Below, piece after piece: positions 26,595 through 39,846 of a stretch of 64,000 nt of DNA. This DNA is from Podarcis tiliguerta. Lineage: Eukaryota. Position 1 is the first letter of the stretch, and each line of letters starts with the position of its first letter. The stretch is taken from the NCBI GenBank assembly GCA_965153285.1, contig OZ229118.1; one strand, given 5' to 3'. The position numbers and the translations under genes are program-made. Below the pieces are notes generated by a model. It did not search any database, was not told where the DNA came from, and was given only the letters and a program-made list of their open reading frames with translations.

Positions 26595-28076
26595 GTGAAC
26601 TTATATATAATTTCATTTTTAATACTTGCCTTCCTTTTGCCTTCCTTCTTCTGTCATCCTTTTTGTTTATTCACTTCAGGATGCTCTGGTGCATTGATGC
26701 CATTCATTGCTTAGTATAGGAGAAAGATTTCTGCCTGTCTGTTGAATATGTTAACAGCCTACATTTTGAAGAGTACAAAGGAAATACATTGTCTCCCCGC
26801 AAGAAACCTCCAAAATCTTGTCATATGCAATCCTTTTATCCCACACTCCCTGCCTCACAAAAATATTGTAAGCAATTATTAATTGGATACCTAAAATAAC
26901 TAGAAAAATTTAAAAGCAGTGCTTAGGCTTGCAATATTTTTACATGAACAAAATTCAGTCTACAATTAGAATTGTGCATTACAAATCGTTAGCTCTATTT
27001 CAGATTTTCTTCAATAAATTCAGATTCATAGTGTGTTGTAACTATATTGCAGATGCCTGGAGCCATCAAGTCTTGAGTTGAAATCCTTCATGTAATTAAA
27101 AATGCATACATCATTTGAAGTTTAAGGAACGTTATCATGCATAACTAAATGCAGATAAATGTAGGCAGTACCCTTTATCCGGAGAAAATCTGTCCTTACT
27201 TTCTCAAAGAACATTTTGAATTCTATTCAGTAGCCTTCATGCAAGGAGAAACATGCCCACTAACTATAAGTAGGCATTTGATTGGTCTCTTAGTTTTTTG
27301 CTGTCCCTCTAAAATGCAGCACAACTATTTTGCTGCGTTATTATTATTTGCAAACTTGATAAAAATGCTGAAGCAACCTGATCAAGCTGTTTTGTATCTA
27401 ATATTCCTCACTGTGACTAACTGTCTGCTGCTATCTCCTTGTTTCCCTGCATCAAATGGTAATCACAATTTGAAGACCTCCTGTGTGAGGCTGTGGTGGA
27501 TGTAGTCTATTGAGGGCTGTTGTTTCCAACTGGGTGATGAGAAGCATGTCTGCCTGCCTGTTTAACCAACTAATTCAAATGTACCAGCATATCTGAACGC
27601 TTTGTATGTAGCATGCTATCTCTTTTGCCTGTTTTCATTAGTAAAAAGACTACAACCATAGTTTCATTTGCTCCGGTGTGACTATAGGACTCCCAGCCTA
27701 CTGGGACTGGTAGAACAGAAGGCAGGTGCTAGAGGCGATGGCAGCCAGATCCAACTAATTCTAGTTTTCTCCCCATCCTCCTCCCTGTTGAGTTCTACAA
27801 AGGCAATGCTGAAACTAAGGAGGAGAAAGCTAACCACCAGGATCATCCTCTGGGCTGGTAGTATGTAAGAAGGAAGAATGAGAAGTGGGCTAAAAGCAGT
27901 GTCTAGCCTCTTCTGACCCCTAGCTGGATGCTATGCAAACATAACCCACAACCATAAATGCCACAACCTTCCCGTTGCCTACTATGAGTACAGCTCTGCA
28001 AGTTTTTTGCTACCATATCTCCATGGACAGTCTTTCTGTTATGTTATGGTAGTATAAGGGGCCAACTGGATAAGCC

Positions 28077-28079
<3 letters not shown>

Positions 28080-28110
<31 letters not shown>
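28080..28110. repeat. (TG)n microsatellite
   Basis: About 15 TG units. Confidence 0.92.
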
Positions 28111-28113
<3 letters not shown>

Positions 28114-30454
28114 GTGTACTATCATATTTGATATAGCTTGTTTTCTTGTAGGAGCAGAGGTTTACAGATGAAAGCAAGTTCTGTGCATTTGAAATTAAAC
28201 CTCCCTGAAAAAGTTTGGCATAACCCTTCCTGCTGTTTATATCATTTTTAGATGTAGGGTTGAGTTGTTGAAAATAATTATTTATCCTTCTATCCAAAAG
28301 TGATATTCCATGGCTTTATGAAAATTGGTTGCATATAATAAATTATTATGAATTATATTTACATTAGTGCATATAAAGTGTGACCTTGTAGAAATTATTC
28401 TGAAATGTTTAGGGATCACTCCAAAGAGAATGTTTAGGGAGAACCAGGAAACCAGAGTGTCTGCAGTTTTCATTGCATCATCTGGCCTATAACACATACC
28501 CAGAATAATGTTTTACTCTTAGAAGGAATAATATATTTACATATTAAATTATTATGAAAACAAGTACATCAATTATACCTTTGAATTAAGAAAGGAAAAA
28601 TCAACCCATAAGTGCTGGTAGGAGGGAAACTGAAACTTAAGATTCAATGCTATCTAACTGAAACGGCCCAGAGAGAATGTGTGTAAATAGCATCCCAAAT
28701 TATGTCATTATCCTGTTAAAACCAAGAAGCTCCATCTCTAAAGAAATAGCACATTTGCACATTTAGACCAGAGGCATACAAACAGTTTGTAGACTGTGGC
28801 AGAATCACCACACTGAATTGCACTCTATGTAGGAAGTAGAGTTGCCAACTTTGTGTGTGTGTGTGTGTGTTTAAGAGATGTACCCCAAAAATGAAAATTC
28901 AGAAGGTGAAATAATTTCTGTTGCTGTAGCTGGAAGTTCCATGATGTCTCATCTCCTTTTCATGAGGATGTTGAGGGGCAGGAACCCTGCTGGGAAAAAG
29001 TATTGACAGCCTTAGAGAGGTGAAATAGGGAAGATGCAGGGCGCATGGCATGCTTCAGGATGGCAAATTGTGTCTCCTAATTATCACCCATTAGCTTGGA
29101 AGGTTGTTATAACTGCATGTAGATCTCACTGGAGAAAGGTTCTGATTGTGAAGAATGATGTATTGTATTTGATAAACATTTGTATAAGGTATTAAAGGAT
29201 GCAATTTTGCTTCAAGGGACTGAGGATGTGAGAAAGCAGGAAACAAGGGGAAGCAACATTAGAGAAAACTGGGAAGGGAAAATAGTGTTGGCATTTTCTC
29301 TCCAATTTCAGCCCATTTTATGGTCACATTTCCTTAACCATTTGGTGGGGATCTTGCCAGCTGTTAAAGAATACCAGCAATTTGCTTGCTTTCATTCATA
29401 GTTTTTAAGAAAACAAATCAAGGTCTTATAGGTCTTATGCACCCTCTGGCCCCATTTTGCCTGCCAGGGGTTCGAATGTAGCCAGCAAGGCCATTTCCCC
29501 TGAATCATGCCACCACCCCACATCTGCCATCATATGTGACTTCAGTGTGGGACAGGTAGAGACACCACTGCCAATGCACAACTTAAAGTGTGGACCTGAT
29601 TGTGCATTGGCAAGGCAGGCTCCAGCTCTGCCCTCCTTCAGCTGATGTGCAGTAAAACCAAAGCCTGCCAGATAGGGTGTGCAAGTCAGCTCCCTGCAGG
29701 GAACTTTCTCACATGGCCAACTCCTGTAGAAAGCTGGCCTTGCCTCTACCACCTATTAGCTGAGAGGTGGTAAAGTGAAAACATCAGACTCTTCGCAAGC
29801 TCTGCATGTTGGTTTGAAATCCCACAGTTTAGGGACTTCAGAGTGCTCAATCAGCTGGCATGGCATCATTGAGATGTCAAATGGACCCTGCCTACTGTCA
29901 GATTTGGCCCACAAGGCTAGGTTCAGATAAGGATCTGGCCTGCTGTCCTAGAATCTTTACTCATTTCAATCACCAGATACAAAATCTACAAAAATTGAAA
30001 TGGACTTCTTATTTACAGTATCTGTTCATGTATCCAAATACTATTTGTATTCAGTGTTATTCCTAATCTTGTTTTACTATGTTTCTGATGGACATATACA
30101 AACCAGCACAGCCAACCATGACTGCAATTTTGTGGGCAGTTCCATAACGCAACCCGTTGAAATGAGATATTTACAGGCTGAGGAATAAACATCATGTCTC
30201 TCTGCATTTCTCTTAACTGTCATGAGTTTACATATATGTTATCTTCTTAGGTCTGATTACTATTTATATTATTACTGAAAAGAGATACAGTAATAGTCAC
30301 ACCTACTTCATTGCAATTAATATCTAAAGCTGTGGATATAGGGTAGCACACAGCACATAATTTTAGTTGACACAGGCCAGTAAGAATGGACATTTAGTAA
30401 CGAACATTATGATTGACTTCCAAATCAGATTGCATTATTTCTCCCAATTTTCAG

Positions 30455-30679
30455 TTTCCTCGTCAGTTTTATGGTGGATGCTCGAGGTGGTGCTATGCGG
30501 GGTTGCAGACACAATGGACTTCGAATAATTATTCCACCCCGGAAGTGCACTGCTCCAACACGAGTTACCTGCCGGTTGGTCAAACGTCATAGACTGGCCA
30601 CAATGCCTCCAATGGTGGAAGGAGAAGGTCTGGCTAGCCGTTTAATTGAAGTTGGGCCTTCTGGTGCTCAGTTTCTTGG
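30455..30679 (+). CDS. ANK2: ANK2 exon, ZU5-N domain, 225 nt
   Basis: tttcag|TTTCCT...CTTGG|gtaaga; [74 protein letters not shown](G). Confidence 0.96.
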
Positions 30680-32308
30680 GTAAGAATTTTTTTTAATTAT
30701 CCAAGATAATTTTAAAAAACATGACAAAGACGGTTTGGTTTTGTGATCTACTCTGGGGTGGCTCAGCACTTCAGTGCTCAAAGTGAAAATGTTGTATCTG
30801 ATTTATTTTATGCTGATGGGCTCTGCAGTGAAAAGCGCAACACTGTTAGGCCAGCAATAATTCAATTAGCTTGTTTTGTTTTTTCCCCTTATTTAAAGCA
30901 CCAGTAGCTACAACTCAAGGTTTAGTGTGCTTCCTAGAATAAGTCTGTTTAATCCACGCTGGGCTTTTAAAGCACAAATCGTTTCGTGATTGCAGTCAAT
31001 TAATTACATATTCGCTTTTAAGGGTGAAATGAAAATAGCACAAATGTTGCAAATGTAAATATAACATCTATTGAAAGATGCAAGAAAAGCTAAAGCTGCT
31101 TTCAAGGGGGACTTGTGTTCTCTCAGTGGATATTTTCTCAGTAATTGGGACTGCCTGGGAAGCACAAACCTATGATTTTTCTGGGGCTGCATTTTATTCC
31201 TTCTACTGCAGTACCCCACAGAAAGATCAGACGTGCTGCACTTGTTTTAGCAATTTTCTGCTGAAACCAGCAGTTTTCAACACTTTTATTTTATCAGCAA
31301 TTTCCCTTACCAATGGTGGCATCCAAAAATGGATGATCAAAGGAAACCCCCCTCTGCTTAGAGCGAATGGCTTCAGCTGAAAATGGATAAAAGGATGAAG
31401 ATGTCAAAGGAACAGCGTAAATCCAGCGTGAAGCAAATTTAAGGCCCTGTAGTCCCTAGACTTTCAGCCAGTTATCTTAACTAACATTTAGTTCTGGAGA
31501 ATGGGGTTTGGGGAAAGAATGGGATGTATCTCTAGAATGCAGCATAGGAGGAAAAACCATCAACCATTTAACTCATTATTTTGTTGTTGCTGTGTTTCAA
31601 TAGAGGAACTAGAAGATTCCTAAGCCTGGAAAGATGGGTAGATGCACATCTGTGATAAAGGGGTCGCTTTTAGGGTTTACAAAAGCGCCCTTCAATACTA
31701 GAAAATTATTTAAAGAAAAGCATCAAACCCAAACTAAGGAAAGCCTTTGCTGTCACATTTTGTATTTTCAGTTCTTCTCTTCCTCTATCTACCTGTTTCT
31801 CCTCCTTCCAATACACTCACAGTAAACTCAACAACTTTTGGTTTTCCCCCCACCCTTTCAGCCTGGTGGGGAATGTCTATGGAAACTCACATGTACTAAG
31901 AGTTTACATACCATTTCTCAAGGGCATGTCTTACACCGCTGGCACTTTCCTGAGTGGCGTCCTGGCAGTGAAATCAAAGTCACTGAACACTTCCTGCCAA
32001 GCCAAGCCTTACATTAATTCATTTGCTCATAAGTCCTGAAGACTGGATCTTGCTCCCATTAATATTAGAAGCAAGGCTAGCATACCACTGAACCTACTGA
32101 GGACAAGATAAGGTTGCAAAATTCTGGGGAGCTCTTTTTATGAATTATCAGGATCAGTGGGGCATACCTAAATAAATCAAGGCAGAAACCTGTTCAGTGT
32201 ACAGCCTAATTCCACTCTTGAGCAGACAGTGCACTGGGGTTCTGGAAAACAAAATACATAAAAGCTTATTTATTTTCTTTCTTTCACTGCTGCTTTGGAT
32301 GTACTCAG

Positions 32309-32407
32309 TAAACTTCACCTGCCTACGGCTCCTCCCCCACTTAATGAGGGAGAAAGTTTGGTCAGCCGAATCCTTCAGCTGGGGCCTCCAGGGACCAAAT
32401 TTCTTGG
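32309..32407 (+). CDS. ANK2: ANK2 cassette exon within ZU5-N, 99 nt
   Basis: actcag|TAAACT...CTTGG|gtagga; KLHLPTAPPPLNEGESLVSRILQLGPPGTKFL(G), phase 2-2. Confidence 0.92.
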
Positions 32408-33533
32408 GTAGGAGAGACTTAAAACAAATTGATGGATGCTGGCCTTCCCATTCTTCTCCTTCTGCAATATTATTTTTATGTCATTGTGCCCATGACATTG
32501 TCCCTTTCTATGATTTTAAATTCTGTATTTACCTAACCTTTAGTGGACCATTTTCCAGCCTTGTGGTATGTGGTTTTTGTTTTGGTGATATGTTTGTACC
32601 TTTTCTTAAAGTTCCTTGAACTCCACTTATGATTTAGCATGAGAACTTCCTAGCTGTGAAATGTAACAGTTGTTATAGCTGTTGTGTGCTTGACGTCTGT
32701 CGCAAAGCAACCTGGACTGGAACTGTAGGAATCTACTGTACAATATTTTGCCTCTATTGTCACCAACACAACGGTGATATGTTATATATTGGATATAACA
32801 TAGAACTTAGCATGATATATACAAGATGGCCTATGTAATTCAGTTATTATTGTGAGACTATTGATACACAAATGTATTTATAGTTTTTGCAAAAATGGGA
32901 AACACAAGTTATGATGAAACATATATACAATATGGGCACAATGAGCAGAAATTTGATTTTGCGCTTGTAGATTAATATAGAATAATCATTTGGGCATTTT
33001 CACTATAAATTAGGAGTCTGGAAAATGTCAACTGAAACAAAGAGCCAATATAAAATCAATGCAGATTGATGACAGATGTGGCCTGTTTCTTAAATAGATT
33101 TGTATTCTCCTATAAATCATATTTTTTCTTTAATGTGTCCATATATGTATATACATAGATAACAGTAGATTCTGCATGATAAATGTGATTGCACAGGATT
33201 CCACACATCAAAACAAGTTTCAAATGTGTGGGCTTTATTCATTCCAGATTATAATTCTACAGCCCCAATGCCAGCCCCTGCTGCTTTGGCAAGTACCATA
33301 GATGCTGTGTGATTTTTATTTATATATAAAAAAGTGGGAGTACATTGCTCACTGGTCCTAACAACAAGCTATATAATGCCAAAGTGGTTCTAGTATGCTT
33401 TTTTCAGGATCGTATCCAGGAATGGCAAAGAAGCCGGCCGTATTCCAGGTCACTTTGTAACAGACTGAGAAAACTTGTATTGATTTGCTGCCCATTTGGC
33501 ACAGTCCTTTAACGTGCTGTGTTGCTGTAATAG

Positions 33534-33688
33534 GCCTGTGATTGTCGAGATTCCTCACTTTGCGGCTTTACGTGGTAAAGAAAGGGAGCTGGTGATCCTG
33601 CGCAGTGAGAATGGAGACAACTGGAAGGAGCATTTCTGTGAATTTACAGAGGATGAGCTGAATGAAATCCTAAACGGGATGGATGAAG
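33534..33688 (+). CDS. ANK2: ANK2 exon, ZU5, 155 nt
   Basis: taatag|GCCTGT...GATGAAG|gtacac; [51 protein letters not shown]. Confidence 0.95.
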
Positions 33689-34520
33689 GTACACAGTGTG
33701 CTAAGAAAGGAGAAAAGTCTGAAAGCCACAGAAAGGAAATGATAATGAACTTAAAAAATAAATAAAAACAATATTCTGCAACCACAAATAGATTACTGCA
33801 TGCATTTGCTATGCATATTTGCTATATGTAGTTTCTGTGTGGCTAACTCTCCACCGAGCTGACATGTACAATGCCATGTGGCCAGTGAATATTTGTGTGC
33901 AAGACCATTCGGTCTGTTAACCTGGCATATGATGGAACAAGTAGAAAAGACAAATAGAACATCAAAACTTGTGGTGTTTGCCTTCTTTCTGTAAGTCAGA
34001 ACAGTTTAAAATGACTCATGGGTAAGACAAACACATTTACCAGCAGCTTCGTGAATTCTCACTAATATTTCCCCATTTTTGCGAATTTGTGGTCAAATCA
34101 CCTCTACTAAGTGAAAGATCTATTTGGGTATCCAAGTGACATGAAGTTTTTGATGGTACAGATTTGTTATTCTGGACAAAACTGCAAAAATCTGAAGAAA
34201 CCCTTTAATAGCAATCCTAACACATTGTGTGGTCTTCTGCCAACCACATTTACATTCAATAGTAAGGCCATAGTGGCAAATAAGGAAGATGAACATAGTC
34301 TGAATGTAGAGTTCACAAATCTTTCTGTAGTCATAGAGACATCTAAACTCTAGAAAATTAGTGAAGTAGGTGTTGGGTTGGGTTGAAAACTGGCCATTAG
34401 GAGTAGCATGAAGTAACTTTTGAATTTTATAGCTTTGAGGATTTACTTTGGCTGGTCAATGCATATATATGTTTACTGTAGAAAATAATTATGGTTTAAC
34501 TATGGTCTCTTTTTACTTAG

Positions 34521-34732
34521 TCCTTGACACCCCAGAAGAGCTGGAGAAGAAACGCATTTGTCGTATCATCACTCGGGACTTCCCACAGTACTTTGCAGTG
34601 GTGTCCCGAGTCAAACAAGACAGTAACCTCATTGGACCCGAGGGTGGTGTGCTAAGCAGTACAGTAGTACCTCAAGTGCAGGCTGTCTTTCCAGAGGGAG
34701 CACTAACCAAGCGAATTCGTGTTGGTCTGCAG
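34521..34732 (+). CDS. ANK2: ANK2 exon, ZU5-N/ZU5-C, 212 nt
   Basis: acttag|TCCTTG...CTGCAG|gtaaga; [70 protein letters not shown]. Confidence 0.96.
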
Positions 34733-36514
34733 GTAAGAGAAATGAGGACAAGGCTTTACATTATCTAACTGGCAGCATTTCTGTTGATGAAAGGAGTTTC
34801 TTCATTCCATTTTTAATTATTTCTCTGGGTTCTCTTTTCTGTATGTTACTCCCCCTGAATTCCAGTAGCTAGAAGAATTAATAAAACTATTTCTGAACCT
34901 CTGGTTCCTTCCTACAGTTAATCAGAACAGACATGCACATTGGTAAAACTTTACAAAACAAACAAACAAAAAACCACATTGATGCAATCACACATATGAT
35001 TGCGTTTAGATTCTTTTTGCAGATGTGCACACTGACTGGTATCCATTTGGCAGTGTTTTACTATGCTTGCACACTATTCTGTACAAAATTTGGAAATAAA
35101 AAAGCAACATCAATGGAGAATTACTAAAGCATTGGCTCCCATTTGAGAAGTCACAGTAGGTAATTCATAATTTCAGAAACAACCCTCATTTCTCTGGAGG
35201 CCGCTGGTTATCTTTGCACAAACGATTCCTGCCTTTATAAACCACGATATGCATGTACTCAATGAATCTGCAACAGTTCCTTTGCACCTACCTTCACTTG
35301 AGCAGGGAAACCAGCCCAGAAGCCACTGTTAACAATTGCTTCTTGTTATGACATAACTGAGGTACTGCTTAATGGCTTCCAAATAAACTAGGAAATGGAG
35401 CCATGTTTAAAGTTTTGAATGCTGGTTTATTTGGAAGCTGCTAAGCATAGTTCTTGCTTTACACATAACAAGAAGCAATGGTTAACTGACGTTTCCAGCT
35501 ATGTATTCCCACTTATGCTAAAGGAGAAGAGAAGTAGGAGTGAAGGAATGAGCTGGGTGCATGGAGCTGGCTGGAATGGTATCTATTTTATTCAGAGAAA
35601 ATAATAACAGAAGCTACTGAACAGTTTCATTGCAAATGTTGCTTTATCTAAAAGACTGCCACAGTAAATTAAATATATTTTGAGTTTAAAGCAGATGAAT
35701 AAAAGTTGTGAGTTCACTAACTATGACTCTGTCAGTCTACATTCAGCAAGTAATTTAACTTCCATTTCCTCCAATTAACCTCTTTTCACAACTGTGATTA
35801 GAGTTCCATATTTCTGGTCTAATTTACAAATAAATTGGAAGTGGTAGGCTTTGTGAACTTGCACTGAATGCTTTGAAGTTATGATGAAAGGACTGATTAG
35901 TTAAATGTTCATAAAGCACTTTATGATTCCCAGACGAATTATGTAAAAATATAAAGCTGTGTCCAGTTTGTCACTCATCTGCTTGCTAGAGAATGGTGAC
36001 CTCATCCCATCTCTGAATGGGCTTGAAGATTTTTCAGAGAATTCTCAGAAGGAGCTTGGGTTTCCCCAGGAGCTCTGTGGCAACCTTTCTAAGGACATAG
36101 AAGGCTTGGTAATCTATGATTCCCAGGGATATTTGCACTGGGAGCAGCCTGTTGCTAATTCTTTAACGCTAATAGCAAATGTCTGTTCTGTTTGGGGTTG
36201 AAGTCCCTCTGAAGGAACATATGTGCAAGGTACATATTGAGACATCTCTGTCACTGGAGGTCCAGAATCTCTTCAAAAAGTCTTCACTCAAATCCTTAGT
36301 TCCAACAGACAGCCTTCCACAATTCTTGCAGCCTCCTACCACAACCCACACAGCACGCTGTAGCCTTTTTATACACAAAGATACTTGTCAAATCTGTCTA
36401 GTAACACAGATAAGAGAATCTCAAGATGCCTGCAGGTGCACTGAGTCATCTCTGCTGGCTCATAGAGTATTAACCCATTAATTGCATTCCTTAACAAGGC
36501 TGTAATAGCCTTAC

Positions 36515-37042
36515 CAAAGTGATCCATGCATTGATAACCTCAAGACTTGATTACTGTAACATGCTCTATGTGGGGCTACCCCTGTATCTGGTCTGAAAAC
36601 TGAAGCTAGTACAGAATGCAGGAGCAGGCTACTGGCAGCATGCTGACAGCACTTGCCAATTTGCCATCAGGTGAGGCTCAAGGTCCCTAGTGCTAATTCA
36701 TAAAGCCTTAAGCAACTTGGATTGCAAGTACTTTAAGGAGCATAGTGCGCCATGTCAATCACTAAAATCCTTTGATGCACTCATTGGGTTTCCCCATCCC
36801 CCTGAGGTTTGGTTGGCCTTTGGAGGGACTGAGCCTATTGTATGGCAGGCTGCGGAAATCCCTGCCGTGGAGCTCCCAGCCTGAAGAATCATCCCTGTTA
36901 TTTAGATAGCCCTTTGAAATCACTGGCCAGTATTTATGGATGCTTTTATTAATCATTTCATTGTTGTAATTCTTGTAGGATGTACACTGACATGTACTTT
37001 TATGAAAGTGTGGTTTATAAATATTTAAATGAGTAAATAAAT
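36515..37042 (+). mobile_element. Degenerate L2 LINE 3' portion
   Basis: atccatgcattgataacctcaagacttgattactgtaac = IHALITSRLDYCN motif, ending in an A/T-rich ...ataaat tail. Confidence 0.7.
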
Positions 37043-37376
37043 GAGGGGTAGAAGACAGGAGTAAGCAGAAAATGGAATTGAGACACGTGGAATGTGCAAT
37101 GGGTAATCAGATTTGTATAGCTTTAAATATATAGTCAGATTCATAGAAGACATTGCCCAATGGCTATGAATGATGATGAATATATGTTACTGCCAGAAAC
37201 AAAGACAGCAGACCAGTCACTTGTGAACAAAAGTGAGAGAAGACTGTTGTGTTTACGTCCTGTTTGTGGACCTGCCAAGGGCATCTGGTTGGCCCCTGTG
37301 GAGAAGAAGAGGATGTTGTTATGATTGTTCAGATACCAATAATTAAGATTTTCGTTTTGTGCATGTCTTTGGTTAG

Positions 37377-37581
37377 GCTCAACCTATGCACAATGAGCTT
37401 GTAAAGAAGATTTTAGGCAACAAAGCCACATTCAGCCCTATTGTCACATTGGAACCCAGGAGAAGAAAATTCCATAAGCCAATAACAATGACTATTCCTG
37501 TTCCTAAAGCCTCTAGTGATCTGATGATTAATGGATATGGGGGTGATGCACCCACTCTAAGACTACTATGCAGCATAACAG
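37377..37581 (+). CDS. ANK2: ANK2 exon, ZU5-C, 205 nt
   Basis: ggttag|GCTCAA...ATAACAG|gtaagc; [68 protein letters not shown](G). Confidence 0.96.
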
Positions 37582-37602
37582 GTAAGCTCATAAGAAGTAA
37601 CT

Positions 37603-37748
37603 TGAATAGCTCAGTCGGTACAGCATAATACTCTTAATCTCAAAGTTGTGGATTCAAGCCCCATGTTGGGTAAAAAAATCCATGTATTGCAGTGAGTTGG
37701 GCTAGATGACCCTTGTGGTCCCTTCCAACTCTACAGTTCTATGATTCT
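37603..37748 (+). mobile_element. tRNA-Lys-derived SINE with CR1 3' tail (lacertid POM/SINE-like)
   Basis: tagctcagtcggtacagcat..actcttaatctc...ggattcaagccc tRNA head; CR1 tail ctagatgacccttgtggtcccttccaactctacagttctatgattct. Confidence 0.8.
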
Positions 37749-37916
37749 AAATGCACTGATGGGTCCATTGAGAAGGGTGGCATTGTATGCTGATGTTGCA
37801 GAGAACTCATTGAAAGCTCTTGCTTCATACTTTGGCTTATTACGTCATGACAACCAGGCCATTGACTTCTTGTAGGAATGCTGAACATTTTTTCTCTTTG
37901 TCCTCAATTGTTTCAG

Positions 37917-38013
37917 GTGGAACAACACCTGCTCAGTGGGAAGACATCACAGGAACAACACCATTAACTTTTGTCAATGAATGTGTTTCCTTCACCACAA
38001 ACGTATCTGCCAG
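37917..38013 (+). CDS. ANK2: ANK2 exon, ZU5-C, 97 nt
   Basis: tttcag|GTGGAA...GCCAG|gtacca; [31 protein letters not shown](R). Confidence 0.95.
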
Positions 38014-38109
38014 GTACCACTGTCTAGAATAGTATATTTTCTTTAAACTGTACTTAAGTATTTCAGCACTGTATTACTTATTAATTGGACACAGGTACTC
38101 CACTAAAGT

Positions 38110-38550
38110 TTTATTTATTATTATTTACTTATCTGATTTATAGACTTTATCAAAAGATCCCAGGGCAGTGTACAACATTAAGATCACATTTTATGGGGCG
38201 TAATAGTAAAAACATAATGAAAAGCATAGTAATTGATAGCATAATAATAATAAAATAATAATAATAATACGTGTGTCCCCCCCCAGCTTTAACAGGCCAT
38301 AGATTAATGGCCAAAGGCATGGGTAAAGAGGTATATTTTTGCCTGGTGCCTAAAGATACATAATGATGGCACCAGACAAGCCTCTCTGAAGAGAGCCTTT
38401 CTCAGACAGGGAGCTACCACAGAAAAGGCCCATTCTTGTGTTGCCACCCTCTAAACCTCTTGGGGAGGAGAGACATAGCAAAGAGCCTCAGATAACAAGT
38501 GCAGGGTCTAGGTAGGTTTGTATGGAGACAGGAAGTCCTTAAGGTATTGT
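38110..38550 (-). mobile_element. Degenerate L2 LINE 3' end
   Basis: (ttta)n tail, cccagggcagtgtacaac, tttttgcctggtgcctaaa, ggagctaccacagaaaaggccc. Confidence 0.6.
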
Positions 38551-39025
38551 GCCAATGTGCTAATTTTGGTATTGTAGTGTTTGCAAAGTAATCCATCCTC
38601 TGGCCTGACCCTAAAATAATGATTAATTCTGGAGTCTGAAGAGTCTAATGCTGTTTTAATATATGTTCTGAAGCTGGCAGCCATGGTATCCTAATATGGA
38701 CAAAAGGAGAAACTGTGGTTAATTAGAAATTTCCTGGTTTGATCACCTGTGCGCTGCAAAGGGGGTGAAGGGACTGTGTACATATCCCAGTTCATATCCC
38801 AGCTGAAAATGACTGTTCCAATGCATTTTGGTAATCTGGGAATCAGTAGAGATCCATTTCAAATTACACTCAGGCTTGGGCCACACCCAATGCAGAATCT
38901 AGATGATTGCCCCCCCCCATTAAGAATTTGTTTATTTCAAGCTAATGCGCAAGTTATTTGAAATCAATACTAGTGTGATTCCTGGATGTATTTTCCAAAT
39001 TCTGAACTTGTTTGTTTATTTGCAG

Positions 39026-39254
39026 GTTTTGGTTGATAGACTGTCGACAGATACAGGAATCTGTTACGTTTGCTTCCCAAGTATACAGAGAGATTATCTG
39101 TGTGCCCTACATGGCCAAATTTGTAGTGTTTGCCAAATCGCATGATCCTATAGAAGCCCGATTAAGATGTTTCTGCATGACGGATGATAAAGTGGATAAA
39201 ACGCTAGAACAGCAAGAAAACTTTGCTGAAGTTGCCCGAAGCAGAGATGTAGAG
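39026..39254 (+). CDS. ANK2: ANK2 exon, ZU5-C/UPA, 229 nt
   Basis: ttgcag|GTTTTG...GTAGAG|gtatgg; [76 protein letters not shown]. Confidence 0.96.
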
Positions 39255-39637
39255 GTATGGAATTAAACATGCAAAATGAATACCTTCATTCACATTTTAG
39301 TACATGTATTTTTAAAACCATTGTCTTAATTTCCTTTTGTAGGTAGAAAGAAAAAGAAAATCTCTCATTTTAAATCTTAATGTGGGTAATATCCAGCTAA
39401 GTCACCCTCCAAGAATACCCACTGATTTCAATTGGTGTACTCTGTGTAGAATTAAAACTGGTCATTACTGTATATTCTTTATCTGCTTGTTTGTTTATTA
39501 GAAATATTTTATAGCCCACCCTTAATCTATACAGATACTGGAATGGGGTATGAAACATATACAAATATTAAAATACCTAACAAAAATATGTTAGAACACA
39601 TGCAGTTATTTCTTTTTATTGGGAAGAAAAGGAACTA

Positions 39638-39846
39638 CGGTGGTACCTCAGTTTAAGAACTCCGCAAAACCGAAAATAGTGTCCCGGTTTGAGAACTTTA
39701 CCTCGGTCTAAGAACAGAATCCGAACGGTGGAAGGGCACCGGCGGCGGGAGGCCTCATTAGGGAAAGCGCACCTTGGTTTAAGAACGGTTTCGGATTAAG
39801 AACGGACTTCCGGAACAGATTAAGTTCGTAAACTGAGGTACCACTG
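39638..39846. mobile_element. Tc1/mariner (Tigger/pogo-like) MITE, 209 bp
   Basis: TA|CGGTGGTACCTCAGTTTAAGAAC...GTTCGTAAACTGAGGTACCACTG|TA; 23-bp TIRs with 2 mismatches, TA TSD. Confidence 0.9.

Noticed and set aside
27476-27533. Possible exon in a conserved-looking intronic block
   Set aside because: 58 nt, not frame-preserving, with an early in-frame stop and weak splice sites.
33505-33533. U12-type branch site-like TCCTTTAAC before the ZU5 exon
   Set aside because: The upstream donors (gtaaga, gtagga) are U2-type, not RTATCCTT.
37603-37675. Possible tRNA-Lys gene
   Set aside because: Stems are degenerate and the head is fused to a CR1 tail, so it is a SINE.
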